Shown one piece after another: positions 55,124-64,000 of a stretch of DNA of 64,000 bases. A model generated the notes under the pieces. That model saw nothing but the letters and a program-made list of their open reading frames with translations, did not search any database and had not been told where the DNA came from. The position numbers were made by a program, and so were the translations under genes. Positions within the stretch are counted from its first letter, which is position 1. Each line of letters begins with the position of its first letter. The DNA is from an uncultured virus (IMG/VR IMGVR_UViG_2799112477_000001) (taxonomy: Duplodnaviria; Heunggongvirae; Uroviricota; Caudoviricetes), in IMG/VR virus record IMGVR_UViG_2799112477_000001. One strand, written 5' to 3'.

Positions 55124-55834
55124 ATGCTGAGACGGCTTAGGCGCAACGAAATAGAGACATTCTATACGGATCGGTATTCCCCGTATGTGCGAGAGCTTTC
55201 TCAGTACGGAAGTACCGACGGGATGCAGGTCTTTAATATGACGAAAAAGGCAGCCTCCGGAGATCTTGGCATATACGTCTTCTCGGACGATGAATGTGAA
55301 AAGGGATTCGTTATCGTCGAGCTGAAAGGAGATCTTCTCAGACCGAGACTCCTTCTTCATGCATTCTATGTGAATGAGGATTTCAGAAGGAAGGGCACCG
55401 GAACGATCATGTTCGGTGAGCTTCTCGGAATGGCCGATGCTCCGCTTGTATCTACAGTTCTCTATAAGAACAGACCTGCGGTGAGGTTCTGGAGAAAGAT
55501 GATAGCTGTCTACGGACTTCAGCCGGTATCTCTGGATCAGGACATCGTCTGTGGCCCGGTACGTGAGCCGGTATTCTGCGTGAGAAAGCCGGACGGTGTA
55601 GGCTGCGCTGACAGGATGCTCTGGCCTGTAGATATGCTTGGCCTTGCCAACAGGACCAGGTATGGGCTCCTCAGGAGCGGGATTCGCACTGTCAGTGATG
55701 TTCTTAAAACGAGGGAGGAAGAACTTATAACGATACGTAATTTCGGGCAGATCTCGATGGACGACCTCAGAGAAGCCCTGATCGACATCGGAAATGCCCC
55801 GAACTGGTCAACTACCCGCCGCTTAACTCGCTGA
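55124..55834 (+). CDS. GNAT acetyltransferase fused to an RNA polymerase alpha-CTD-like domain
   Basis: FYVNEDFRRKGTGT..NRPAVRFW (GNAT); LGLANRTRYGLLRSGIRTVSDVL..IRNFGQISMDDL (alphaCTD). The last 8 codons come from the inserted IscB element. Confidence 0.75.
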   Translation: MLRRLRRNEIETFYTDRYSPYVRELSQYGSTDGMQVFNMTKKAASGDLGIYVFSDDECEKGFVIVELKGDLLRPRLLLHAFYVNEDFRRKGTGTIMFGELLGMADAPLVSTVLYKNRPAVRFWRKMIAVYGLQPVSLDQDIVCGPVREPVFCVRKPDGVGCADRMLWPVDMLGLANRTRYGLLRSGIRTVSDVLKTREEELITIRNFGQISMDDLREALIDIGNAPNWSTTRRLTR

Positions 55835-56005
55835 CGCTTCGTTAGAAGCGGGGGCTTGTAAGGCGAGAGTAGTTGAGCAAGAGCGTGATGTATCTCACAC
55901 TGCGGGATTTTCCCAGTCCCGCACATACTGGTCTGATGCACCAAGCTCAGGGAAACATCACCCGCCCATCGAGGCGGAGACTAACAGTTATAACTCAACT
56001 AGAAG
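55807..56005 (+). ncRNA. omegaRNA scaffold of IscB 2
   Basis: Structured region between the element end and the iscB RBS; 3' limit approximate. Confidence 0.7.
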
Positions 56006-56020
56006 GAAAGGAGGACGCAC

Positions 56021-57484
56021 ATGACATACGTATATGTGCTGAGCAGGAGCGGCAGGCCGCTTATGCCGACAGCAAGATGCGGCCATGTGCGCATCCTGCT
56101 GAAGGAAAAGAAAGCCAGGGTCGTATGCGGCAGGCCGTTCACAGTGCAGCTTCTGTACGATACAGACGAAGCAGAGCCATATCTCTACGGAGGAACAGAC
56201 CCGGGCAGGACGAACATCGGCAATGCCGTCGTGACGGAAGACGGCGAGTGCGTTTACCGCGACAAGGTCGAGACAAGAAATGATGAAGTGGCGAAAGGCA
56301 TGTCCGACAGGAAGAAGAATCGTCAGGCTCGGCGCAGAGGTGAAAGGCTCGTAAGGAAGCGCCGGGCGAAAAGATGCGGCACCCTGTCGACAAAGCTCGG
56401 AAGCGGCAGACTTATCCCGGGGACGAAAAAGCCTACGCTCGTGAAGGATATCATCAATCAGGAGGCGCGGTTCCGGAACCGGAAGAAGAGGCAGCTCATA
56501 ACACCGAGTGTTAAACAGCTTGTCGACACGCATCTGAACCACGTCGATCAGATAAGAAAGATACTTCCGGTCAAAGGCTGGTGCCTGGAAGCTAACCGCT
56601 TCGCGTTCATGAAGCTGGAGGACGGATCGGTCAGAGGTATCGACTTCCAGAACGGCAGACTGAAAGGCTACGCCTCGGTCGATGATTTCGTGTACGAGCG
56701 TCAGAAAGGCAAGTGCTTCTGCTGCGGAGCCCCGATCGAACACTACCATCATGTGAAGGAGCAGAACGACAACGGCTTTGACGGACCGGAGAACAAGGTG
56801 GGTCTGTGCAATAGCTGCCACACTAAGATACATATCGGTGAGCTCGAGCTCGATGTCGAGGGCTTCGGCAAGAAGTATCAGGCGCTGAGCGTGCTGAACC
56901 AGGCAATACCGTACATTTATCTGGGCCTTGTCGAACGCTTCGATGAAGAGAATGTCTTCATCTGCGCCGGATACGACACGAAGGAGATACGCGAAGCAGC
57001 CGGCCTTGACAAGGACCACGATATCGATGCTCTGTGCATCGCGTCGATGGCGACAGGCGTGATACCAAAGCAGCCTGAGGAACAGGCCTTCAGTGTGAAG
57101 CAGTACAGGCGCCACGACAGAGCGAAGATCAACAATCAGCCTGAACGCACATACAAGCTTGACGGCAAGACCGTTGCGAGGAACCGAAAGCCGCGCATCG
57201 ACCAGAAAGGCCTCGCATTGTCACAGTGGTACGAAAAGCAGGTCAGACTTTGCGGCAGGAAAGAAGCTGACCGCATGCTGTCGAGGCTGAAGGTAAGGAA
57301 GTCCTACAGACGCTACAACAACCTGTACCGCGTCATGCCGGGTGCGATCGTTCGCCATGACGGCAGGATCGAAGTTATGGAGAGACAGCAGAACAACGGC
57401 TATTACTTCAACCTTCGATGCGGGAGAATAAAGGCTTCAGAATGCGAGATCCTGCACCATAACGCAGGGCTTGTATATATTTAG
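56021..57484 (+). CDS. iscB: IscB RNA-guided endonuclease (OgeuIscB-like N-terminus)
   Basis: GRPLMPTARCGHVRILLKE..PFTVQL..DPGRTNIG; HNH CFCC..HH..CNSCH; HDIDA. Confidence 0.93.
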   Translation: MTYVYVLSRSGRPLMPTARCGHVRILLKEKKARVVCGRPFTVQLLYDTDEAEPYLYGGTDPGRTNIGNAVVTEDGECVYRDKVETRNDEVAKGMSDRKKNRQARRRGERLVRKRRAKRCGTLSTKLGSGRLIPGTKKPTLVKDIINQEARFRNRKKRQLITPSVKQLVDTHLNHVDQIRKILPVKGWCLEANRFAFMKLEDGSVRGIDFQNGRLKGYASVDDFVYERQKGKCFCCGAPIEHYHHVKEQNDNGFDGPENKVGLCNSCHTKIHIGELELDVEGFGKKYQALSVLNQAIPYIYLGLVERFDEENVFICAGYDTKEIREAAGLDKDHDIDALCIASMATGVIPKQPEEQAFSVKQYRRHDRAKINNQPERTYKLDGKTVARNRKPRIDQKGLALSQWYEKQVRLCGRKEADRMLSRLKVRKSYRRYNNLYRVMPGAIVRHDGRIEVMERQQNNGYYFNLRCGRIKASECEILHHNAGLVYI

Positions 57485-57568
57485 CGATTCATCCCCTACC
57501 TGTAGAGGAAGGGGCTTTCTCGCAAAGTGTTGGTAAACGATGTGCAAACATCAGAAAGGAAACGCGAC

Positions 57569-58612
57569 ATGGCAGAAAGTGCAGTAACAAGTTTCAAGAA
57601 GACGCTTGAGGAAACTACCAAAGAAACAGGCTACAACTATCAGGTCCTCCATCCGAATTTCACTTCGGTGCTCAGTAATGGCAGAATCTACGCCCACTGG
57701 TTTGAGCCGGGGACTGTAATCGCTTCTGTTGAGGCCGACGGCAATGTCATCATCTTTGATATTTCCGGAGATCTCAAGGCGGACATCTTTGATCCCGAAG
57801 GGGCTCTCACTAAAACATTTGAGAAAACTCTTACAGAGATCCCTCCTGTAGATGGACTCAAGCTTGTCAGCGACAAGGATGTAAATGCTCTTCTTAGCGA
57901 AGGCGGACTCAACGGGTACAAGATGGACCTGTACGAGGGGAATGTCGTCCGAGTTTACCTTGAGGCACATCCGGAGGTCTTCGTGTATGCGAAGCACCCA
58001 AGTGTAGCAAGGGCTATCGTCAACGTAGAACTGGTCGAGGAACTTCTTTCACGAGTTCCGGAAGAATCAGAAGAAGAGCAGGTGCAGGAAGAAACGGACG
58101 CGTTCGCTCTTGCACATTCTGAAGAAGCTGAGGTGATGGAAGATGCGGAATTTGCAGAAGAGGAGTCCGTTTCTGAAGAAAAGAAGCCTGCAAAGAAGAC
58201 TGCGAAGAAAAAGTCGGCAAAGAAGGCCTCTGAAGCTCCGATGTCTGTCGAAGCCAGATACGATCTTCTTCCTCTCGATGTTATCGGATCGTTCCTGGAC
58301 AAGTTTGGCGTAATGAGTCAGGTCTCATTCTTCTCCGCGATCGAGGGCTATAAGAAGGGCAGCAGCAGACTCCTGGACGCCGCTGTGGCAATAGCGCAGG
58401 ACGTGTATGCTGACGGACCTGAGGCGGTGATGAAGCTTGCATGCATCGCAGCGGGAAAAACTGAGGCAGCAGGAGACGCGCCGCGCGATTCGCTCTACTA
58501 CATCAATGACGCAGTCAATGAATATCTGCTCCATCTGAGAAGTGGAGATGATGAGACGGATCACATCGCTAATATTCTTTGGGACATGATCTGCGGAGAA
58601 GCAGCAGATTAA
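57569..58612 (+). CDS. Acidic protein with C-terminal DUF5664-like (dATP/dGTP diphosphohydrolase-related) segment
   Basis: ARYDLLP..YINDAV..GDDETDHIANILWD; ATG 57569 with AAAGGA RBS. Confidence 0.5.
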   Translation: MAESAVTSFKKTLEETTKETGYNYQVLHPNFTSVLSNGRIYAHWFEPGTVIASVEADGNVIIFDISGDLKADIFDPEGALTKTFEKTLTEIPPVDGLKLVSDKDVNALLSEGGLNGYKMDLYEGNVVRVYLEAHPEVFVYAKHPSVARAIVNVELVEELLSRVPEESEEEQVQEETDAFALAHSEEAEVMEDAEFAEEESVSEEKKPAKKTAKKKSAKKASEAPMSVEARYDLLPLDVIGSFLDKFGVMSQVSFFSAIEGYKKGSSRLLDAAVAIAQDVYADGPEAVMKLACIAAGKTEAAGDAPRDSLYYINDAVNEYLLHLRSGDDETDHIANILWDMICGEAAD

Positions 58613-58661
58613 ATACAACTAAGATCTCAAGGCCGGCTGTCATGCAGTCGGCCTGGAGTGT

Positions 58662-59684
58662 ATGGAAGAAAAAATGCAGAGCAGCCCTTGTGAGCTGCAC
58701 AGCCGAGTAGCTATGGTTAGGAATAAAGCAAATAAAACACACAAGACAGACGACATACAGAAGCTGAAGAAAGAAAAGCTGATCGCTCTTTTGGAGAAAG
58801 GGGCGAGCAGACTGGGTGTTTATGCGTCTTCTGCGGTAGCTATTGGCGGGGAACCGGGGGTGTTCGGCGTCGTGGATTACATGACCTTTTCCCCGTCAGG
58901 GACTGAAGATATATCCGGCATAGAGAAGGGCGTATTTACATGCTATATGGTAAGAACCAGTTACAAGGAACTATATTCAGATGAAAGCCTGAATTTTGTC
59001 GGTGAGAGAAATTATCTTGTAACGACTGCGGATGTCTACGCCCGTATCGTTGATGATGAGCAGGCAGATAAGGAAAAGGGTGTGATGAATGCGGAGGGCG
59101 GGAAACTGCAGAAGCATATCCAGTCCTTGAATCCCGAGGCAAAGTGTCATATCGGGGCAGATGTCGGGATCCTTGTTGCAGTTCGAAAAGGGGAGTCTCT
59201 ATCTGAGGCGTGCTCCAGGCCTGCTGAGTTTGATCCGGATGAAGAATACACTCTCATATGTGCAGAGCCATGCAGCAACAGAGCAGCAAGAAGACACGGT
59301 ATGACCGAGATGCTGTTTCTGATGCTGAGGGCATATAAGATGAAGGCCGGGAGAATCGCTTTGCGGTATGGTGCTGAAGATTTAAAGAATCTGCAGCTGA
59401 ACCAGAGGCTTTCATATGACGGCAGGGGACGGCTCCTTCTTGACGGCGATCCCGTGTCATTCAGAAGGACCAAGACCAGGAAGATGTTTGATTATCTGGT
59501 ATGGAACCGCGGACGTTGGGTGTCAAACGAGGAACTGCTGGATGAGGTCTGGGGCGATCCGAGTGATGCAAATAAATCCAGCCTGCGGGTCAGTAGGTCT
59601 GAGATGGTTGCGATCCTCAGGGCAGCGGGCTGTGAGGACCTTCTTTCCCGTGAATGGGGCTGGCAAGGTATTTTCGAGGAATAG
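58662..59684 (+). CDS. Degenerate nuclease-like domain fused to a C-terminal OmpR-type winged helix
   Basis: VVDYMTF..FTCYMVR..NFVGERNYLV; C-terminal FDYLVWNRGRWVSNEELLDEVW..SLRV..WG. Confidence 0.55.
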   Translation: MEEKMQSSPCELHSRVAMVRNKANKTHKTDDIQKLKKEKLIALLEKGASRLGVYASSAVAIGGEPGVFGVVDYMTFSPSGTEDISGIEKGVFTCYMVRTSYKELYSDESLNFVGERNYLVTTADVYARIVDDEQADKEKGVMNAEGGKLQKHIQSLNPEAKCHIGADVGILVAVRKGESLSEACSRPAEFDPDEEYTLICAEPCSNRAARRHGMTEMLFLMLRAYKMKAGRIALRYGAEDLKNLQLNQRLSYDGRGRLLLDGDPVSFRRTKTRKMFDYLVWNRGRWVSNEELLDEVWGDPSDANKSSLRVSRSEMVAILRAAGCEDLLSREWGWQGIFEE

Positions 59685-59793
59685 AGAAAGGGGGCTTTTC
59701 AATGTCAGGAACGATGGGGTTTGAGTCGGGCAAGGAGCAGATAGACTTTGCCAGGCGATATGCGAAAGAGGTTTTAGAGGGGGATATCTTCAT

Positions 59794-61134
59794 CATAATT
59801 CGCGCAGGATACTCCCGCCTCTATAGGCGGCGAGAGGAATGCGCATTACCCGCCTTTCTCACTAAACGTGTGGTATAATATGTTTAATGAAACAAACACT
59901 GACTGCGAAACTCAAAATAGTTCCGACTGAAGTGGATGCTACGCTGCTGGCAGATACCATGCATGCATATACTTCCGCTTGTAATTTTGCGTCTGAATAC
60001 ATTTTCGAGACCCACGATCTTGTTCAGGCCTCTCTTAACAGAGCGCTGTACCATAATATTCGAACAAACTTCGGACTTCGATCACAGATGGCGCAGTCTG
60101 TTCTGAAAACTGTTATTGCAAGATACAGAACGATCCTGACTAACCAGCATAAGTGGATAAAGCCTGTTTTCAGAAAGCCTGAGCTTGACCTTGTCTGGAA
60201 CAGAGACTATTCGCTTAATGCGGATAAGACGTTATTCAGCGTCAACACCCTTGACGGAAGGATCAAGGTTTCCTTCTTTTCGAAAGGTGCAGACCTGAAC
60301 GGCATGTTCGGTACTGCGAAGCTTGTGCACAGGCACGGCAAGTTTTTTCTGCACGTACCGGTGACAAAAGAGATCAATGCGCTCTCTATGAGTGATGTCT
60401 CGAATATCGTCGGTGTCGACCGCGGGATCCGCTTCCTAGCCGCTACATATAACAGTAACGGGAAAAGCGTATTTTGCTCCGGCAATGCCGTCAAGGAAAA
60501 GCGCGCTCACTATAAGGCACTTCGCAAGCAGCTGCAGCAGGTCGGCACTCCGTCTTCGAGACGAAGACTTAAAGCCCTCGGACAGCGAGAAAACCGTTGG
60601 ATGCGCGATGTCAATCATTGCGTATCGAAGGCACTCGTTGAAAATAATCCCGAAGGCACGCTTTTCGTTCTCGAGGACCTAAATAATATCCGCAAGGCTA
60701 CCGAACGTGTCTGCAAAGACGGACGCTATGTTTCAGTCTCGTGGGCTTACTTTGACCTTGAGCAGAAGCTTAAGTATAAGGCCCTCAAGAATCGCCAGTT
60801 AGTTGTTAACGTTGATCCTGCATACACTTCGCAGACCTGCCCTAAGTGCGGCCATGTAGCTAAAAGTAATCGTGATAAGAAGAAGCATCTCTTCTGCTGC
60901 GAGAACTGTGGCTACACGTCCAATGACGACCGTATCGGGGCTATGAATCTGCACCGCATGGGAATCGAGTACCTGGTGCAGTGCCAGGGGAGCAACGCTC
61001 CTCTGGCCGGGTAGCAGTCAATCTGCCCTGATGTGACGACAGCTCTCCTTTGAGAGTTATAAACGTGGGAGGCTTATGCCGGACACCACGGGTCTGTCAC
61101 AAGCTCCCGCCTCTATAGGCGGTGAGTAGTTGAC
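59794..61134 (+). mobile_element. IS200/IS605-family TnpB-only (IS1341-type) element
   Basis: Near-identical subterminal hairpins CTCCCGCCTCTATAGGCGG(C/T)GAG at 59812 and 61104; preceded by TCAT; ends TGAC. The left boundary could be 59797. Confidence 0.9.
59887..61014 (+). CDS. tnpB: TnpB RNA-guided endonuclease
   Basis: VGVDRG, VLEDL, PAYTSQTCPKCG, CENCG..NDDRIGAMNL. Confidence 0.93.
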   Translation: MKQTLTAKLKIVPTEVDATLLADTMHAYTSACNFASEYIFETHDLVQASLNRALYHNIRTNFGLRSQMAQSVLKTVIARYRTILTNQHKWIKPVFRKPELDLVWNRDYSLNADKTLFSVNTLDGRIKVSFFSKGADLNGMFGTAKLVHRHGKFFLHVPVTKEINALSMSDVSNIVGVDRGIRFLAATYNSNGKSVFCSGNAVKEKRAHYKALRKQLQQVGTPSSRRRLKALGQRENRWMRDVNHCVSKALVENNPEGTLFVLEDLNNIRKATERVCKDGRYVSVSWAYFDLEQKLKYKALKNRQLVVNVDPAYTSQTCPKCGHVAKSNRDKKKHLFCCENCGYTSNDDRIGAMNLHRMGIEYLVQCQGSNAPLAG

Positions 61135-61769
61135 TCAGATATCTGCATACATAGATTTTCTGAGGATATCTATGACGACAGCGAGACTATCCTGCGAGCT
61201 TGATGAGGCTATAGAGCATTACGATTATGCGGAATGGCTGGTGGGTGCAGGCTGCAGTGAGGTCGCTGAGCTGGACGGGTGCCTCGGACGGGCATCTGTT
61301 CTTTTGGTCACGGTAACAGAGAGGACGCTTGCAAGGATACGTGCCATAATACTGAAATTCCCTGAAACTGCACAGCTTACACTGTGGGGCGGGAAGGTGC
61401 CGGACGATGACAGATTCTTTGAAATGCTCGAGACCTACATGGTAGACTCAGATGGGTTGGATTACACCTATCCGATGGTAGAAACAAACATCTTCTTCTG
61501 TGATTCAGTAAGAGCTGTGCTTGGGATATATGCTGAAACGCAGCGGGAGGCCTGACGAGGCGTATGCAATCAAACATGTAATCTCTACTAAGTCTTGCGC
61601 ACGCGCGTATGATGTAGATATAGTCGTAAAAAGTTGTATGTAACGGGCTGGACTCGTGCATGCGCAAGTATGGTTTGTAAATGCGTATTTATCGAGACCG
61701 TCAATCGTGCATAGTTCGCGCTCAAGCACGCACTGATAGCAGATCGTCTTAAGAGGAGGAACCTTCTTG

Positions 61770-64000
61770 ATGGGGAAAAAGCTGATAATAGCTGAAAAAC
61801 CCAGTCTGATGCGGACCATAATCCACGCCCTTGAGTCAATGGGCGAAAGGTTCAGCGAATCAGAAGATAAAGAGTATTATGAGAGCCCGAGCTATGTGGC
61901 GACAGCCCAGTTCGGACATCTTCTGGAGCTTAAAATGTCGGAGGAATATGAAGGCAGGGAAGGTCTTTCGTGGAACCTTGCCTACCTACCTTTCTTCCCA
62001 CAAAGATATGAATATAACATCAGAAGTGACGCAAAGAAGCGATACAGCACTATAGGAAAGCTTCTTAAACGCGGCGACATAGACGTTGTGATCCATTGCG
62101 GGGACCCTGATCGCGAAGGGCAGATCCTCGTTGATCTTGTGCTCCGTAATCTAGGCAATAAAAAGCCTGTTATAAGGCCTCAGCTCAAGGCACTTACAGA
62201 CGAAGCGATCCTTGACGCTTTCAGGGCCGCAAAACCAAACGCGGAATACAAAGACGTTTTCAACGAGGGAATGACCCGCATGTGTTTTGACTGGGATTTC
62301 GGTATAAATCTCAGCCAGTATGCGACGCTCAAGACAAATGCAAGGCCAGCTCTCAATGTAGGAAGGGTCATAGGTGCTATCGTCACCGAGATATATAACA
62401 GGGATGTCTCTATAGAGAGGTTCGTCCCTGAAGAGTATTTCAAGGTCGTATCTGACGTCGATGGCGGTTTTAAGCTCACATCCAAGCTGAAATTTCTGGG
62501 AGACAAGTTTAATGAGGCAGAAGACTATGCCCGGAAGCTGCAGGCAGGCGATTCTGTGGTCTCCGACATCCAGAAGAAACGCATAACAAAGAAGCCGCCG
62601 AAGCTGTTTTCACAGACGTCACTTCAGGCGGCTATGTCGAAGAAGTTTAATTATAAGCCTGAGCAGACTCTTGATCTTGCTCAGAAACTATACGAAAAGG
62701 GTTTTACTTCATATCCCCGGACCAACACCGAATATATAGCAGAGGACGAGAAGGAGAACATAAAAGGAGTAATAAATAAGATAAACAGGGATGGTCATCT
62801 GGCATTCAGAGACAGCAAGTCCATATTTGACGACAGCAAGATAGACGGGCATTCGGCTATCACTGTCACCGGGAAAAGGCCGTCAGGGTTGTCTGATGCG
62901 GAAAAGAACTGTTATCTCACTATCCTTTACCGCTTTATGGCCGTGTTCTGTAAGGATCCTTGTCTTTATGATAAGACAACTGTTGTTATAGATAATCCGC
63001 TTGAGCAGTTCAAGGTCAGCGGTGAGGTAATGGTGCAGCAGGGATGGCAAAGGTTTGAGCCGCCTGCAGGGAAAAGGGACAAAGATTCTGATGATGACAA
63101 GGATCAGGACGAAAGCCGCGTCCTGCCTCCTGTGAATATAGGCGACAAAGTGGAGACGGATTTCAAGGCGGTTTCTGCGGAGACGAAGCCTCCGAAGCAT
63201 TACACTGTTGAAACTCTCGGCAAATGGATGCAGAATCCGTTCAGAAAGGAAGACTCTACTGACGAGGAAGATTACAAAGATTACAAGAACATACTTGCCG
63301 GTCTTGAGATTGGGACGGAGGCGACCCGTGCCGGAATACTGGCAAAGGCTGCCGATAAAGGTTACATAAGCCTTAAGAAGAAAGCATACCACATAGAACC
63401 GAGAGGGAGGTTTCTTGTGGAGAGCTGCAAGAACCTCGGCATAGACTTCTCTGCGCAGATGACAGCGGACATGGGCAGGAAACTAAAGTCTGTCGGCAAG
63501 GGCGAGATCGGTATCATGGAGGTACTTAATGCCAACAGGAAAGAGATCCTGCGCGTTATAGGCGAGAACAGAGAAGTAAAGGCTGACTCTAAATCGTCTG
63601 GTGGTGAAGGGGAGTATGTAAGGAAAGAGAAGACCGAAGAGGACGTATATGTGCCAACAGGTGAAAAGGTATCGTTTGCAAAGGTTTTCAGCGGGCATTC
63701 CTTTACGTTGCATGAGATAGAGGCGCTTTTAGCGGGTGAAGAGATCTCTTTCGAGGCGGTATCTTCAAAAGGAAAAAGGTATACGGCTACGGGGCGCTTG
63801 TGCAAGCAGAAATATAAAGGCAGGGAGTTCTGGGGATTCAAACTCAATGAGCGAGAGTTTCCTGATGAGTATCTCGGGCATAGGTTCACTCATAGGTTCA
63901 CTGATGAGGAAAAAGCGGTTTTGCTAAAGAAAGGAAAGAAGGCAGATCGAACAATAACTGTGAGTGATCTTAAGAGCAACAGGACCGGGAAGACATTCAG
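61770..64000 (+). CDS. topB: Type IA DNA topoisomerase (TopB/TraE-like), runs off the window; not in the ORF track
   Basis: Hand translation: MGKKLIIAEKPS..QFGHLL..GDPDREGQ..NVGRV..SYPRT..GHSAI..IGTEATRAGI; GAGGAGG RBS. Confidence 0.9.
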   Translation, partial: MGKKLIIAEKPSLMRTIIHALESMGERFSESEDKEYYESPSYVATAQFGHLLELKMSEEYEGREGLSWNLAYLPFFPQRYEYNIRSDAKKRYSTIGKLLKRGDIDVVIHCGDPDREGQILVDLVLRNLGNKKPVIRPQLKALTDEAILDAFRAAKPNAEYKDVFNEGMTRMCFDWDFGINLSQYATLKTNARPALNVGRVIGAIVTEIYNRDVSIERFVPEEYFKVVSDVDGGFKLTSKLKFLGDKFNEAEDYARKLQAGDSVVSDIQKKRITKKPPKLFSQTSLQAAMSKKFNYKPEQTLDLAQKLYEKGFTSYPRTNTEYIAEDEKENIKGVINKINRDGHLAFRDSKSIFDDSKIDGHSAITVTGKRPSGLSDAEKNCYLTILYRFMAVFCKDPCLYDKTTVVIDNPLEQFKVSGEVMVQQGWQRFEPPAGKRDKDSDDDKDQDESRVLPPVNIGDKVETDFKAVSAETKPPKHYTVETLGKWMQNPFRKEDSTDEEDYKDYKNILAGLEIGTEATRAGILAKAADKGYISLKKKAYHIEPRGRFLVESCKNLGIDFSAQMTADMGRKLKSVGKGEIGIMEVLNANRKEILRVIGENREVKADSKSSGGEGEYVRKEKTEEDVYVPTGEKVSFAKVFSGHSFTLHEIEALLAGEEISFEAVSSKGKRYTATGRLCKQKYKGREFWGFKLNEREFPDEYLGHRFTHRFTDEEKAVLLKKGKKADRTITVSDLKSNRTGKTF

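Larger units (their letters stand above)
55807..57532 (+). mobile_element. IS200/IS605-superfamily IscB element 2 (no TnpA)
   Basis: Starts GTCAACTACCC; far-end hairpin CCCCTACCT..AGGAAGGGG followed by CTTT; flanked by GTAA at 57533. Confidence 0.88.
59702..61555 (+). pseudogene. Hypothetical gene interrupted by the TnpB element
   Basis: The 5' part (MSGTMGFESG..EGDIF) and the 3' part (QISAYIDF..) join in frame when the element is removed (AT+T CAG). Confidence 0.75.

Noticed and set aside
54963..55130. 55-codon Cys-containing ORF between IscB 1 and the GNAT gene
   Set aside because: It has a possible RBS and overlaps the next start, but no recognisable features and it abuts an IS end; insufficient support.
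59794..61134. TnpB element as a self-splicing IStron
   Set aside because: Only ~90 bp separate the left end from tnpB, too short for a group I intron core.
63879..63902. 12-bp tandem duplication CATAGGTTCACT in topB
   Set aside because: In-frame micro-duplication in the variable C-terminal region; probably trivial slippage.
1..64000. Prophage or phage-plasmid interpretation (replisome organiser, Sak-like, YqaJ, tRNA)
   Set aside because: No terminase, portal, capsid or tail genes in the window; T4SS, Rep_3/iterons and ParAB indicate a conjugative plasmid. The rest of the replicon is not visible.

Overview
This window is part of a large conjugative plasmid, probably from an anaerobic Bacillota (Clostridia-like) host. 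(1) 1-21 kb, minus strand: a Gram-positive-type conjugation region with VirB4, VirD4, VirB6/TrbL-like and pilin-like genes, an S1-domain protein and a 1755-aa multi-domain cell-wall hydrolase, ending in a frameshifted phage-type replisome-organiser gene. Between virB4 and virD4 lie three ungapped 88-bp repeats, each starting exactly at a stop codon, which delimit ~1.2-kb two-gene cassette-like units. (2) 21.8-24.3 kb: an iteron replicon with a Rep_3 initiator, about ten 20-bp iterons and a consensus promoter covered by an inverted-iteron operator. (3) 24.3-43.9 kb, minus strand: two DNA-metabolism/'establishment'-type operons (SSB, Rad52-like annealase, primase-like; AAA+vWA, UvrD, YqaJ, RecD2). 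Each starts with a copy of the same ~170-bp promoter-terminator-hairpin leader, and six genes share a GGA(A/G)ACAACAC pre-ATG motif. An RHH-parA-parB locus lies between the two operons. (4) 43.9-64 kb: HU, membrane and lipoprotein genes, a second SSB, SNF2, a tRNA-Pro-like gene plus three truncated tRNA mimics, three TnpA-less IS200/IS605 OMEGA elements (two IscB, one TnpB) whose ends and target motifs can largely be read from the sequence, a GNAT-RNAP alphaCTD fusion, several apparent pseudo-enzymes and a type IA topoisomerase that runs off the window. All family assignments come from motif recognition by eye; no searches were run.
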